From the IMG/VR virus record IMGVR_UViG_3300021090_000949, positions 1 through 58,641 of that record: 58,641 bases of DNA. One strand, 5' to 3'. Positions 45,760-55,932 of this stretch are shown here, piece by piece. The notes below the pieces were generated by a model, which worked only from the letters and a program-made list of their open reading frames with translations, was not told where the DNA came from and did not search any database. Within the stretch, counting starts at the first letter, position 1; every line of letters starts with the position of its first letter. The position numbers and the translations under genes are program-made. The DNA is from a virus (taxonomy: Duplodnaviria; Caudoviricetes).

Positions 45760-46233
45760 TTAGCCGCGCGTGATCTTTACCCGAATCCGACCGGACGGAT
45801 CGGCTCCAGCCGAACCCGACATATTGACTGCCTCAAGAGCAGTCGCGATGATCGAGCCGACCTTGACCGTGCCGGCCGAAGTGTCAGCCACGACCTTGCG
45901 CAGCGTTCCGCCAGCACCGGATTCCAGTTTGTCGCCGATCGCGACGTTTTCACCGTCGAGCAGCAGCGCGTAGACTTCGTCTCCTTCGCGCAGCCAGGCC
46001 ACTTGAACGAGATCGTCAGTGGAGTAATCGAGAGTGATAGCCCCCCCACCGATGTTTTCCTTGGCTATCAGTGGGGTAATGGCTCCACCGGCGGTGGCGT
46101 GCTTACGCACCTTGCCGGTGGATAGAAGTTCGACGAAATGTCCGGGGGTGATTCCGGCATTTGCCTGATAACTCTCACTCAGATTCGGATTGTATAATTC
46201 ATCCGCTTTGAGGAGGATGGTGTTGTATGCCAT
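45760..46233 (-). CDS. Capsid decoration/cement protein
   Basis: ITPG, IGDKLES.AGGTLR, ALEAV; between scaffold and capsid genes. Confidence 0.7.
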   Translation of the reverse strand: MAYNTILLKADELYNPNLSESYQANAGITPGHFVELLSTGKVRKHATAGGAITPLIAKENIGGGAITLDYSTDDLVQVAWLREGDEVYALLLDGENVAIGDKLESGAGGTLRKVVADTSAGTVKVGSIIATALEAVNMSGSAGADPSGRIRVKITRG

Positions 46234-46306
46234 GGGAATGCTCCTTCTTATGACATGTTGAATTCGTTAATTGTTATCCTCGACATTCTCTCGATCCCGT
46301 CGTGGA

Positions 46307-47929
46307 TTATTTCTTCTCCGCTGCCGCCACGGCGGGCACTTCGGTTGGAATGTCAGGCACGCTGTACGCGCCAAAATTGTCCTGCGAGGTCGGCGCACTG
46401 CCCACCTGACCGGTGTAGTCAGCCACGGTTTCGGCCTTGATGCCGATCGAGCCCGCCAGCTTACCCAGCTCGGTCAGATCCTTCAGCTTCAATTCCTCCT
46501 TGGTGAACAGGCAGCCCTGATTGGCGACGATCTTCTCGATCAACCCATCTTTGGCCTGCTGTTCACGGGTCATCATCCCGCGCACGACATCGCTCACCTC
46601 CTTCGGGGCGGTAGCGAGAAACTGCTCCATTGTCTGTGGCTTAGGTGCCTCCGCTATAGGAGCGGGAGCTGCCGGTGCAGCGGCAACAGGCGCTGCCGCA
46701 ACGGTGGTCGGAGCCACAGCCGCAGGCGGTTTGAGGCGTTCGGCCCATTCATTGAGCTTGCACTCGGTCAGGCCCATCAACATCGGTCGATCTTCTTCCT
46801 TGAAAGGGGTCCGGTCGCACGCGATGAGATCCTTGATCAGATCCTCTTTGGTCTTCATCACACTCTCCTGGTGAATGGTTACATTTGCGGTCGTGGAAGC
46901 GACCGGGACATATTCTGTTTTTTCGACGACCTCAATGGGGCCATCAGCCACGACAACCTTATTGGTAGTTGCGTCGACGCTGAAGCCGCGCTTATACATG
47001 CTCGTGCTGGTCGTACTGCCCGTCATGTTATTGCGCCGCGAGGTGCGGTAAATGAAATAGTCGTCGTAGACTTCCTTGAGATAGTTATAGAACTCAGTCG
47101 AATCGAGGCTGTTGACGAAATCCCAGAGTTGCTGGGATACCTCGTCATGCGACAATTCGTTCGCGACGATCCACAGCGCCTTATCGTCGAGGCTCATGAG
47201 GAAAGCGCGATCCTCTTCGGTGAAATCATTTCCCTTATCCGAGAACAAGGCGTTGATTCGGGTTTCTTTAGTGTCGGGGCTTTTCGCTCCGAGCATCGCG
47301 CGCAGGAAACTCCATTTTCTTGGCATAGGCATAGCTGGCTCCTTGGAAATTGGTAGAATGATCTTCTGATTAGCTCGCACACCGCACCCATCCTCCCATG
47401 AGCAGGCGCCTGAGGCTCCGGGCAGCAACGCAAGATGATCGAAACGGATATTGGTGACCACCTCGTCATAGGTTTCGCCATTCCAGACGCCGGTGGTTGC
47501 GGTCGCATCGCCCATGATCCCGAGTGAAACGTCGATCTGTTCGCCATTCTGCAACATCTCGATGAGACGCTGGGGTGCGCGGGCAGCATCTATCCACGCC
47601 TCGCCACGCAAGCGCTGGTTTTCGGCGCTGACATTGGAAACGCGGCCGATGATAAATGATTCCCCCTCAGGACTGTTGGCCGGCACGAGTTCCGTTGCGT
47701 TCATCGGGTGGTAAAGCGTTGTCGCCTGCCCCGAGAGCGTGTCTGCACCCGCGCTAATTTCTGCAAACGAATAGAAACTCCGCGGTCCCGGCTGACCGGG
47801 TGCAATGATCCCCTGGTGTACTCCCTCGACCATGCCCACAAAAGGCACGACAAAATGGCGGCGGCCGTCGAGCGTTTCTTCACGCACAATGGCACCGCCA
47901 AGACGACAAGCGATATATTTGAGGCTCAT
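46307..47929 (-). CDS. DUF2213-like prohead protease with C-terminal scaffold
   Basis: T.YHP, LRGEAW, DVSLG, DHLALLP..GACS..DGCG; Ala/Pro-rich tail. Confidence 0.8.
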   Translation of the reverse strand: MSLKYIACRLGGAIVREETLDGRRHFVVPFVGMVEGVHQGIIAPGQPGPRSFYSFAEISAGADTLSGQATTLYHPMNATELVPANSPEGESFIIGRVSNVSAENQRLRGEAWIDAARAPQRLIEMLQNGEQIDVSLGIMGDATATTGVWNGETYDEVVTNIRFDHLALLPGASGACSWEDGCGVRANQKIILPISKEPAMPMPRKWSFLRAMLGAKSPDTKETRINALFSDKGNDFTEEDRAFLMSLDDKALWIVANELSHDEVSQQLWDFVNSLDSTEFYNYLKEVYDDYFIYRTSRRNNMTGSTTSTSMYKRGFSVDATTNKVVVADGPIEVVEKTEYVPVASTTANVTIHQESVMKTKEDLIKDLIACDRTPFKEEDRPMLMGLTECKLNEWAERLKPPAAVAPTTVAAAPVAAAPAAPAPIAEAPKPQTMEQFLATAPKEVSDVVRGMMTREQQAKDGLIEKIVANQGCLFTKEELKLKDLTELGKLAGSIGIKAETVADYTGQVGSAPTSQDNFGAYSVPDIPTEVPAVAAAEKK

Positions 47930-48897
47930 GCGACCCTCCGGTGACTGTGCAGGGGGCGAACGTTATCCGTAATGCGATTGCGCGCGATATACGGCTTAGC
48001 GGCGCAGCGGCACTGCGGATGAACGGGGATCATTGACTCTATTTCATCGAGGCTGAAGACCTTCCCCTGAAGCGCTTCACATTCAGGACATACCCTGTCA
48101 TCACCGGCCGTGCTAAATTCCGCCTGCACCTCGACGGTCATTGCGGCATCAGCGCGACGTAATTCGTTGATATTTGCCAGATGATGCGCCCGAATTACTT
48201 CAGTCCGGGCGATCATGCGCGCTCGGTTCAGCCCGATCTTGTCGAGCCCTGACGCGATATCTTTGACCATCTCACGCGCCATCGTGAGCGGCGATTTCCC
48301 TTCCGCGATCCCGCGCGTCAGATTGGTGGTCAGTCCGTCGATCAGTTTGCGCCGGGCATCCGCGTTGACGACTTCCATTACCGTCTTGAGATCTTCGAAC
48401 GTGCGGGTATAGAGCACACCGACGCGGTCAGCGTGCACCGGGAGATTAAAGGCGGTGACGACCATACTTCGGCCAGGCAACGATCCCTGAAGCGGCAGTT
48501 CAAACTGTGCCCGTTCCAACTCTGTCTGCGCGCGTCCGATACCGAGCCGATAGGCAGATTGAATGTAGACATCAGTCCAACCGACGTTGATGGCGGTGTT
48601 GGTCCCGGGACGCAAGACGACTTGAAGGATGCCTGCCTCTTCCTGTTCTTTAAGCCAGAGCAGGAAGGCCTGTACTTTCGCGGCGGTGTCGCGTTCGAAC
48701 GCAAACTCGCGCGGCCGAGCTGCTGCCAGCGAACGCATCAAGGGCACCTCAATTGGCTGGATCCCAAAGCAATCGTTGTCGACGATCGAGAGCCGGATCA
48801 ACCGTAGCAACTCACGGAGGCGCTTCGCCATATCGCCTTCGAAGCGACGACGGAGACCGGAGGTCCGACTGGGATCAAGCTGACTGGGTGTCGGCAT
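47926..48897 (-). CDS. Head morphogenesis protein (Mu gpF / SPP1 gp7 family)
   Basis: RARMIARTE, DDRVCPEC, IPVHPQCRC. Confidence 0.9.
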   Translation of the reverse strand: MPTPSQLDPSRTSGLRRRFEGDMAKRLRELLRLIRLSIVDNDCFGIQPIEVPLMRSLAAARPREFAFERDTAAKVQAFLLWLKEQEEAGILQVVLRPGTNTAINVGWTDVYIQSAYRLGIGRAQTELERAQFELPLQGSLPGRSMVVTAFNLPVHADRVGVLYTRTFEDLKTVMEVVNADARRKLIDGLTTNLTRGIAEGKSPLTMAREMVKDIASGLDKIGLNRARMIARTEVIRAHHLANINELRRADAAMTVEVQAEFSTAGDDRVCPECEALQGKVFSLDEIESMIPVHPQCRCAAKPYIARNRITDNVRPLHSHRRVA

Positions 48898-51653
48898 TAT
48901 CTATTCTTCCACCTTGGAAGGTTCTGGTAATAGACCACCGAGTCACTGACCGGGACCCGGAATTTCTGAACTTCCACGATCTTATCATTAAATCGATTCT
49001 TGATTGTCGCGCGATAGCAGCTGCTATCGTTGGTGAAGAGTTGGTTGGGATACAGATTGACCAATGCCAGCCCGTTTGCGTCTCCCCGGAACCGCATCTG
49101 CTCGAAACTGGCTGCGATCAGCGAATTGTTGATCCTTAGCAGTGAGTCAGGATGCGCGGCGAGCAGTTCGACGGTAACCGCCAGAGAGTCATTGGCTGTG
49201 CCATCCGGTTTCTTTAGCAAGAAGGCGACGGTCGAGGTAAGGGTGTCCGAGTCAACCACAATTGCGGCGCAGAATCGCATGGTGTCGACCCCCACACCGG
49301 AGACGGTGAAGGAATCTGTCTCCGGCAGATAGCGAGGATCGGCATGCAGCCTGACCCAGTTCCCCGCGTTGAGTCCAAGTGCAGCTCGTCCAAGATTGTC
49401 GGTGGTCACCATATATGGATCAGCCGACTGCGCTTGGTTGTTGAAATAGATCGCCATTTGTGGGACAACCTCGTCAGGCGCGGCGGACGTGTCGATCACG
49501 ACAATCGTTCTTGTGTAGCCCAAAGAATCGCCGCAACTGGAGCCCCCTCCCCCACCAGCTCCAATGCGGGAGTAGTAGTAGGCCATCTTACTGGGATCTC
49601 CCAGGTTGTCCTGGTGGCCAACGGTATCTGCGTCATGCATTCGGTTCGTGATATTCGCGGCGAGTGCACCGGTATCACTCGGCGTGAGCGGAACAACTCC
49701 ATCGACATTGACGACTTCCGCGTGGATCAGATTGATGCTGTCGCGAATTGCCAGGAGGCGCGCAATTAACGTATCCACTTCCGGTCTCAGCCAGACCTCT
49801 CCCCCGGATCCGCCTTCAACCGCGAGACGCAGGAAAGCAACCAACGTGGTATCATTATCCAGCGTCTGATCGAGCGTGTCTTTGATCTCCGTATATTCTC
49901 CCGGTGCGAGCTGGGCGGTCGTGCGCCCCGTGCTCGCGGTGATGGCGAGATCCGAGAAGTTCGTAGGGAAAGACTGTGACAACGAGTAGCCCGACTTATC
50001 AGCGTTCGAAGCGACCGTCACTCGTCCTGAACCGTCGATCGAGAAGAGGCTAAAGTTTGTAGGGAAGGTGGGCGGACTCCAGCCGTTGAGATTACCAACC
50101 TCCGCATGAACCAGATTCATACTATCGCGCAGAGCGAGGAGCCTTGCGATCAGGGTGTCGACCTCCGGGCGCAACCAGACTTCGTCGGCAACGCCACCGG
50201 CAGCCGCCAATCTCAGAAGCTGCAGAACGGTGCTATCGTTATCGAGGGCCTCATTGATTGTATCTTTGATCTCTGTATACTCACCAGCTTCCAAGGATGC
50301 AGTGTACCCGGTCTTATCGTTATTCGTGCCGACCGTCACATCAGCAACTTTCCGCTGTGCTATGGTAGTTGAGTCGCCACCTGAACCGGTGGCGATGCCC
50401 CAAACAGTTCGTTTGACCACACGAGCGACCACACCGGAATCAGCTCCAGTCGATGCTCCAGTCTGGCTATAATAATAGGGCATCTTGGTTGGATCGCTGA
50501 TCTCAGCCTGGTGCCCTACCGTATCTTCTTCCGCGACCTGGAAAGCAGCTGTATCACCAATCGTAGTAGCCACACCGGGACCGAGACTCCCGACTGCGAC
50601 ATAACCAGTACTGGCAGTAATTGACAGATCAGAGAAATTAGTCGGGAAGGTTTGAGTTAAGGAGTAGCCTGTCTTGTCCGCATTGGTACCCACAGTCACA
50701 CGGCCGGTTGATGCCGTGATCGCTAAGTCTCCAAAATTGGCAGGGAAGTTTTGGACGAGCGAATATCCAGTTTTATCGGCATTCGTCCCGACTGTTACCC
50801 TGCCGGTTCCGGCCGTAATTGAGAGGTCAGCAAAATTGGTCGGGAAGGTTGGAGGAGTCCAACCATTCGTGTTGACCACCTCGGCATGGACCAAGTTGAC
50901 GGAATCCCTCATCGCGAGGACCCGGTTAATGATCGAATCTCGCTGTGCGGCAGTCCATACCTCGCTGCCGGCTGATATTGTAGAGAGAATGGCGCGAAGA
51001 TAAGCAACGAGCGTCGTGTCATTATCCAGCGCTGAGTTGAACGCGCCCATACGAACCAACACGGAGTCAGTTGCGGCCGCGAAGGTTGATCGAGTCGAGA
51101 TCGCGGCATCGAGGTTCGGAGCTTCAGATGCGTTGATTGCACTGGCTGCGATCTTGTTCGCGGTGATCGCGTCGTCCTGAAGCGTGACTCCGGTGGTCAC
51201 CGAATTGACTGAGCCACTGACATTTCCGGCAACGGAGCCAACCGATCCCACCACATTGCCGCCGACATTGCCGGTCACCGAACCGACTGAGCCCGAGAGA
51301 TTCCCGGTAATATTGCCGGTCATGCTGAACGTTTGTGCCGACGCGAGGACCTGGTTATTTCGAGTGACCGCAGAAGCATGATTAGTGAACGTGTCATTCG
51401 TTGCGTTCGTCCACATGAACTCAAGGTCCCAGTTGTACAGGTCGTCGAGGGTGAGGATCGTATCCTTGTAGCCGAGAGCTGAGATATCGACATCCACTGA
51501 GTCTATCAGGGTCGTATATTCCCGCACCCACCTTATCCGAACATCGGTATAGTCCGTAGACTGGAGATGAATTCGTTTGTCGAAGGTTGCAGCATCGAGG
51601 AACGATTGGCCTAAAGCCAAAACCATCAATGCACATACGATCAACTTCTTCAT
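48897..51653 (-). CDS. Large repetitive protein with signal peptide (918 aa)
   Basis: MKKLIVCALMVLALG..LDA; GSVGSV, VTVGTNADKTGYSL and LDNDTT..RDS.NL.HAEV repeats; GAGGAG RBS. Confidence 0.75.
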   Translation of the reverse strand: MKKLIVCALMVLALGQSFLDAATFDKRIHLQSTDYTDVRIRWVREYTTLIDSVDVDISALGYKDTILTLDDLYNWDLEFMWTNATNDTFTNHASAVTRNNQVLASAQTFSMTGNITGNLSGSVGSVTGNVGGNVVGSVGSVAGNVSGSVNSVTTGVTLQDDAITANKIAASAINASEAPNLDAAISTRSTFAAATDSVLVRMGAFNSALDNDTTLVAYLRAILSTISAGSEVWTAAQRDSIINRVLAMRDSVNLVHAEVVNTNGWTPPTFPTNFADLSITAGTGRVTVGTNADKTGYSLVQNFPANFGDLAITASTGRVTVGTNADKTGYSLTQTFPTNFSDLSITASTGYVAVGSLGPGVATTIGDTAAFQVAEEDTVGHQAEISDPTKMPYYYSQTGASTGADSGVVARVVKRTVWGIATGSGGDSTTIAQRKVADVTVGTNNDKTGYTASLEAGEYTEIKDTINEALDNDSTVLQLLRLAAAGGVADEVWLRPEVDTLIARLLALRDSMNLVHAEVGNLNGWSPPTFPTNFSLFSIDGSGRVTVASNADKSGYSLSQSFPTNFSDLAITASTGRTTAQLAPGEYTEIKDTLDQTLDNDTTLVAFLRLAVEGGSGGEVWLRPEVDTLIARLLAIRDSINLIHAEVVNVDGVVPLTPSDTGALAANITNRMHDADTVGHQDNLGDPSKMAYYYSRIGAGGGGGSSCGDSLGYTRTIVVIDTSAAPDEVVPQMAIYFNNQAQSADPYMVTTDNLGRAALGLNAGNWVRLHADPRYLPETDSFTVSGVGVDTMRFCAAIVVDSDTLTSTVAFLLKKPDGTANDSLAVTVELLAAHPDSLLRINNSLIAASFEQMRFRGDANGLALVNLYPNQLFTNDSSCYRATIKNRFNDKIVEVQKFRVPVSDSVVYYQNLPRWKNR

Positions 51654-51654
51654 C

Positions 51655-52434
51655 TTAATATCTCCTCGAGGCTTTATCCGCCTTTTGCCGGAATCCAGCT
51701 TGATCGGCCTGATATAGAGAATTGGGCAGCGACGACACGACAGGAGTCGAATCGGCAATGGCGACGCCTATAGCAAGTGCATCATCACTGGACTGTGTCC
51801 ACCCCATCGTTACATCTACAGTAGAAATTATATCATAGTAATAGACACCCATAGTCTGAGATGTAAAATCGAACGCATAAGCCGATGTCCAATTAGCTAA
51901 CGGGGTATTGCTTGATGGAGCATTTTCTCCGGAATGAAAGGCTTCGGCACAAAACGATGATACTCCACCAAGTGCCAAAGTTGCACTCAGGCTTGTGCCA
52001 CCAGTCGTAGTAATCGTAATATCGATGTCTTGTACTTTTGTTAGACTCGTAGTACCTGTTACTGTTATAGCAGTAGCCGTTTTAACCGAAGTATTTGTTA
52101 CGGTCACTACGACTGATTGAGTATTGGCAGGAACTCCAGCACCAAGAAAATATGCGTAAACAGTTCCAGGTTCACCGGTAGCACGGGCAAACGGCGAACC
52201 GGTTACCTCTGTCATGTTTACTCCGCCGTAGGTAACACCAGAAACCTCGTCTGTGGCTCCGACATTTTGTACGATAAAGACAATGACTCCTTTTGGTGAA
52301 GCTCCTGCGGTATGATTCCAAGTCAAATTACCAGTCCCCGGAGTTCCATGCGATGTTAAGGCATCGAAAGCCACAGCATAGGTCATGCTACAGGAGCCTA
52401 ACAACAATATGAGTATCAGTTTAATCAAATTCAT
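51655..52434 (-). CDS. Thr-rich beta-sandwich protein with signal peptide
   Basis: MNLIKLILILLLG..; LTWNHT, VSGVTYGGVNMT; TGATG coupling. Confidence 0.7.
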   Translation of the reverse strand: MNLIKLILILLLGSCSMTYAVAFDALTSHGTPGTGNLTWNHTAGASPKGVIVFIVQNVGATDEVSGVTYGGVNMTEVTGSPFARATGEPGTVYAYFLGAGVPANTQSVVVTVTNTSVKTATAITVTGTTSLTKVQDIDITITTTGGTSLSATLALGGVSSFCAEAFHSGENAPSSNTPLANWTSAYAFDFTSQTMGVYYYDIISTVDVTMGWTQSSDDALAIGVAIADSTPVVSSLPNSLYQADQAGFRQKADKASRRY

Positions 52435-55400
52435 CAGTATGCTTTCGGCTTTCCAATGAGCCACGCCTTTGCGATGTAGACCTTGCCAGCCGCGTTCGCG
52501 TTGAAATTAGTTCGGAACCGGGCCACCCAACTGGAACCAGCCAGCTTGAAATCCCGATCCATTGGATAGGCGACATAGGCCCAGCTCGTCGAAGTGAGAG
52601 CGACATCCACCGATCTGATCGAGTCAGCTGCAAAGGCAGCGTCGCCGGAAGGATGAATGAAGAATAGGCTGTCGATAGTTGTTCCTGTGCCTGAGACTTT
52701 GTAGAGGATGCCGACAGAGTCCGCGTCGAACGTGCAGTCGACCGATCCTCCGACCTCGAAGGAATCATTGAGCGCGGTCGAAACATCGCTCGATGCATTC
52801 ATCACCATCCACCGCTCAGCTGTTCCATTGAACCGACCGAAGTGAAGCTCCAGGGAGTCCGTCGCAGCCGGGAGGGTAGACCTCGCATAGACGTCCGTCG
52901 CCGGAAGCCTCGTCAATCGGTGCTGGATATCCGACCATGAGATCGCTGAAGCTGCGATGTTGGTCGAGTCGATCACATCTGCGGCGACGGTGAGTGAGGT
53001 CGCTCCAGTCACTTCGCCTGTGTGAGTGACGTTGTACTTATTGGTAGCACCTTCGGTCAGGTCATCGGTGGAAACCTGATTGGCTCCTGTGCCGAAATCT
53101 ATGTGCGTGTCGTCGATGCCATCGGCTTTGACTTCAAGCTGACCTGAAGCCGTCGTGTCTATTGAATTGTTATCGAAATCGGCGAGGCCGAAGAACCTGG
53201 CGGCGATGTACGCTCTCACCGCAGCGGAATCTACCACAAACCGCATCACATCATAATCGGTCGAGTCTTCTCGCTGGATATCGAGCCAGGCGCCCTCCTT
53301 TATCTTAAGGAGATTATTAAGGATCGAGTAATATGTCGAGCCGTCGAAGATCGAGAGCGAATCTTGCGTCCCTGAACCAGCACCATCGTCCGTATTTGGC
53401 GCCCATGCAGTACCACTCCATTCTAATACTTGACCAGTACTGGCACCAGATTGCGCGATTATGCCAGGCTCCATTTTATCGTTGTCCGTCGCGTCACCCG
53501 CCAGTTGATCCGGGTCAAGATCGGTAGCGCAGGAGTCGTTTGCCCAGCCGAGAGAATCCGGCGTCGGAGTGGTTTGGAGTTTCTGTATTTGGCCGTTTGT
53601 TCCTGTAGTGGTAGGGAGACTGTAGTTTGTGAACGTGATCTTTCCTGTCGTGGAGACGGTGAATCTGTCGGCGACACCTGATCGACGAAGCACGAAATCA
53701 TCAGTCGTGGCGTTGTGCTTGATCTGCCATTGCCCTGCTCCAACTTCCTGAAAGAAGATAGATGGATCGCCGGATGTCGCATCGAGGACGATATTGGCCG
53801 AAGCGCGTTCGATTTCAAGTGGGCCTGCCGGAGTCGTGATTGCCGCTCCGATGCCGACGTTATTGTGGAATATCACTTGACCGATGAGTCGGCTCGTCCC
53901 GGCTACGTAGAGCGAATCATTAATCGCCAGAGTATCTGTCTTATTGAACTTGACAATGTCAGCCGTTGACCCGCTTATACCCGCCGTGACATTCGGCGCC
54001 AGATAATTCTCGATGATCAAGTTCTTCGACGATGAAGTCAAAAGGAGACCATAAGCCTGCGTACTGTTCGGGCTGGAGCATACGTTGCCGCGTACGTCAT
54101 TATGCAAGCAACTGTTCAAAGCAATTCCAGCGAATGTACCAGAAGTAAGAGAGTCGTTATTGACGCAAACATTGCCGCTGATCGTCGAGAAGTCAGTTGA
54201 GAGAAGATAGATGCCGTTCTGCTCCGCCTTCTGAATGGTGTTGTTGGCGATCGTGATGTACTCGCCTCCTGATGCGCCTTCCGAGTAGATGCCGTGACCA
54301 TTGGTCTGGGATACGACGTTGCCGGTCACTGAACTGTAATGAGAACTCTCGAGGTGAATGCCATAGCCATTGGCACCGTAGACCTTGTTGCCGGTCACGG
54401 TGCAAAAGTCGCCCGCGACTCTGATAGCAGTCGTATCGCAGGCATAAACCAGGTTATCGGATATCACGTAATGATCCCCAGATGCAGCATTGATCGCATT
54501 GTCGGTCTGGTCGTAAAAACTGTTCCCGGTTATCGTGATGTTCTGCGACTGGACGCTGACGGATGAAGTATAAACTCCGCGCCCGGCGCACTCGACAAAG
54601 CTATTGCCTGAGACGGTCGTATTGTAGCCCTCTTGCAAGTGCACCGTCGTCTGGTTGCATCTCAAAAACAGATTGTCAGAAATGATGATATTCCTGAGCG
54701 TGTCGCCGCCCTCAATGTTGACGTCGATCGCGGCTCCACCGGCAGTGATCACATTACCATAGATCGTGACCTCTGAGGCTTTGCATAAAACTCCGGATGG
54801 AATTAACCCGCCGAATAGGTAGCCGATTGGCTGTCCGGCGATCTTGTTATTGCTGATGATGATTCGGCGAGTCGTGAGCCCACTGGCCGTTATCCCTTCT
54901 TCCCCGTTCGCCCACAAGGTATTCCCGGATATCTCAACATCCGTAGAACCATTACGGACGGCGATCGCATCCTTGTCTGCTCCCGCGATGAAACATCCCC
55001 TTATCGTCGACTTGGATATATTCTTGAACGAGACGACATCAGCGGAATCCGGTTCTGAGTAACTGGCATAAGCCTTGCCGCCATCCAGGGAGAGGTTTTC
55101 GATAACGATCCCCGTATTGCCGGCTGTCGTGTCTGCGTTCTCGATCATCGTCCGAGTAACGGCTCCGGACATCTTGAGCGTCGCCCCTTCGCCGCTTCCG
55201 ATGATGCTGGTATGTGAAGGAAGATAGAGAGTGGCATCGATCAGATAGACTGAGTTACTCAACGGGACGAATACCACTCCACCTGAATCAGGGAGCGCGT
55301 CGATAGCAGCTTGAATCGCTGCTCGGTCATTCGTCGTGCCGTCGCCTTTGGCGCCGAAATCGCGGACGTTCTTCCATTGCTTGTTTTTCACGTAGGCCGG

Positions 55401-55478
55401 GACCGACACCGGCGAATCCTGTGCCAGTGCGGGCAGCGCCCAGATGATCAGCAACAAACCGAAGAGGATGCGTTTCAT
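52434..55478 (-). CDS. Pectate-lyase-like right-handed beta-helix protein with signal peptide
   Basis: MKRILFGLLLIIWALPALA; NVRDFGAKGDG..DRAAIQAAID; many I(S/T)GN repeats. Confidence 0.85.
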   Translation of the reverse strand: MKRILFGLLLIIWALPALAQDSPVSVPAYVKNKQWKNVRDFGAKGDGTTNDRAAIQAAIDALPDSGGVVFVPLSNSVYLIDATLYLPSHTSIIGSGEGATLKMSGAVTRTMIENADTTAGNTGIVIENLSLDGGKAYASYSEPDSADVVSFKNISKSTIRGCFIAGADKDAIAVRNGSTDVEISGNTLWANGEEGITASGLTTRRIIISNNKIAGQPIGYLFGGLIPSGVLCKASEVTIYGNVITAGGAAIDVNIEGGDTLRNIIISDNLFLRCNQTTVHLQEGYNTTVSGNSFVECAGRGVYTSSVSVQSQNITITGNSFYDQTDNAINAASGDHYVISDNLVYACDTTAIRVAGDFCTVTGNKVYGANGYGIHLESSHYSSVTGNVVSQTNGHGIYSEGASGGEYITIANNTIQKAEQNGIYLLSTDFSTISGNVCVNNDSLTSGTFAGIALNSCLHNDVRGNVCSSPNSTQAYGLLLTSSSKNLIIENYLAPNVTAGISGSTADIVKFNKTDTLAINDSLYVAGTSRLIGQVIFHNNVGIGAAITTPAGPLEIERASANIVLDATSGDPSIFFQEVGAGQWQIKHNATTDDFVLRRSGVADRFTVSTTGKITFTNYSLPTTTGTNGQIQKLQTTPTPDSLGWANDSCATDLDPDQLAGDATDNDKMEPGIIAQSGASTGQVLEWSGTAWAPNTDDGAGSGTQDSLSIFDGSTYYSILNNLLKIKEGAWLDIQREDSTDYDVMRFVVDSAAVRAYIAARFFGLADFDNNSIDTTASGQLEVKADGIDDTHIDFGTGANQVSTDDLTEGATNKYNVTHTGEVTGATSLTVAADVIDSTNIAASAISWSDIQHRLTRLPATDVYARSTLPAATDSLELHFGRFNGTAERWMVMNASSDVSTALNDSFEVGGSVDCTFDADSVGILYKVSGTGTTIDSLFFIHPSGDAAFAADSIRSVDVALTSTSWAYVAYPMDRDFKLAGSSWVARFRTNFNANAAGKVYIAKAWLIGKPKAY

Positions 55479-55494
55479 GGTTCTATCACGTCTC

Positions 55495-55932
55495 TTAGAA
55501 AGTCACGTTGAAATCGTTCACCTTGTTCGGCTTCAACGTGTCCGGGATGATGAACGACTTGATGTTCGAGATATCCGACCAGTTTGGCGTTTCGTCGGCA
55601 GTCTTGATTGCCGAGTAGTAGGTCACACCCGTCAGCAGCGACAGTCCCTTGGTGACTGATTCAGGGGAACCGGCGACCTTAGGCGCAGGCAACCCGGTGA
55701 CAGGTTTGCAGGCCGACCAGAAGCTGGTCAGACTGTCCGAGGTACGGGCATAACGAATGTCGTAAGCAGATGCCTGACCGATCATCCCGTCATCGCCAGG
55801 CGCGGTCCAACTGAAGGTCACATTGACCGTGACCGTTTGTGAATGGGTTTTGTCGCATCCGATCAGCATCAACTGCAATAGGGCGAGTAACATCGCCAGC
55901 ATGGTCAGTCTAAACATCTTTGTTCGGGTCAT
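55495..55932 (-). CDS. Fibronectin type III domain protein with lipoprotein-like signal
   Basis: LMLIGC lipobox; WTAPGDDG..YDIRY..YYSAIKTADE..NWSDISN; GGAGG RBS. Confidence 0.75.
   Translation of the reverse strand: MTRTKMFRLTMLAMLLALLQLMLIGCDKTHSQTVTVNVTFSWTAPGDDGMIGQASAYDIRYARTSDSLTSFWSACKPVTGLPAPKVAGSPESVTKGLSLLTGVTYYSAIKTADETPNWSDISNIKSFIIPDTLKPNKVNDFNVTF

Noticed and set aside
46271-47356. Long plus-strand ORFs (also 5848-6750, 10349-11020, 12782-13495, 44742-45416)
   Set aside because: Antisense shadows of well-supported minus-strand genes, no motifs
26230-55478. Diversity-generating retroelement or invertible tail-fibre cassette
   Set aside because: No reverse transcriptase, invertase or adenine-specific TR/VR repeat pair noticed; repeats seen are protein-level
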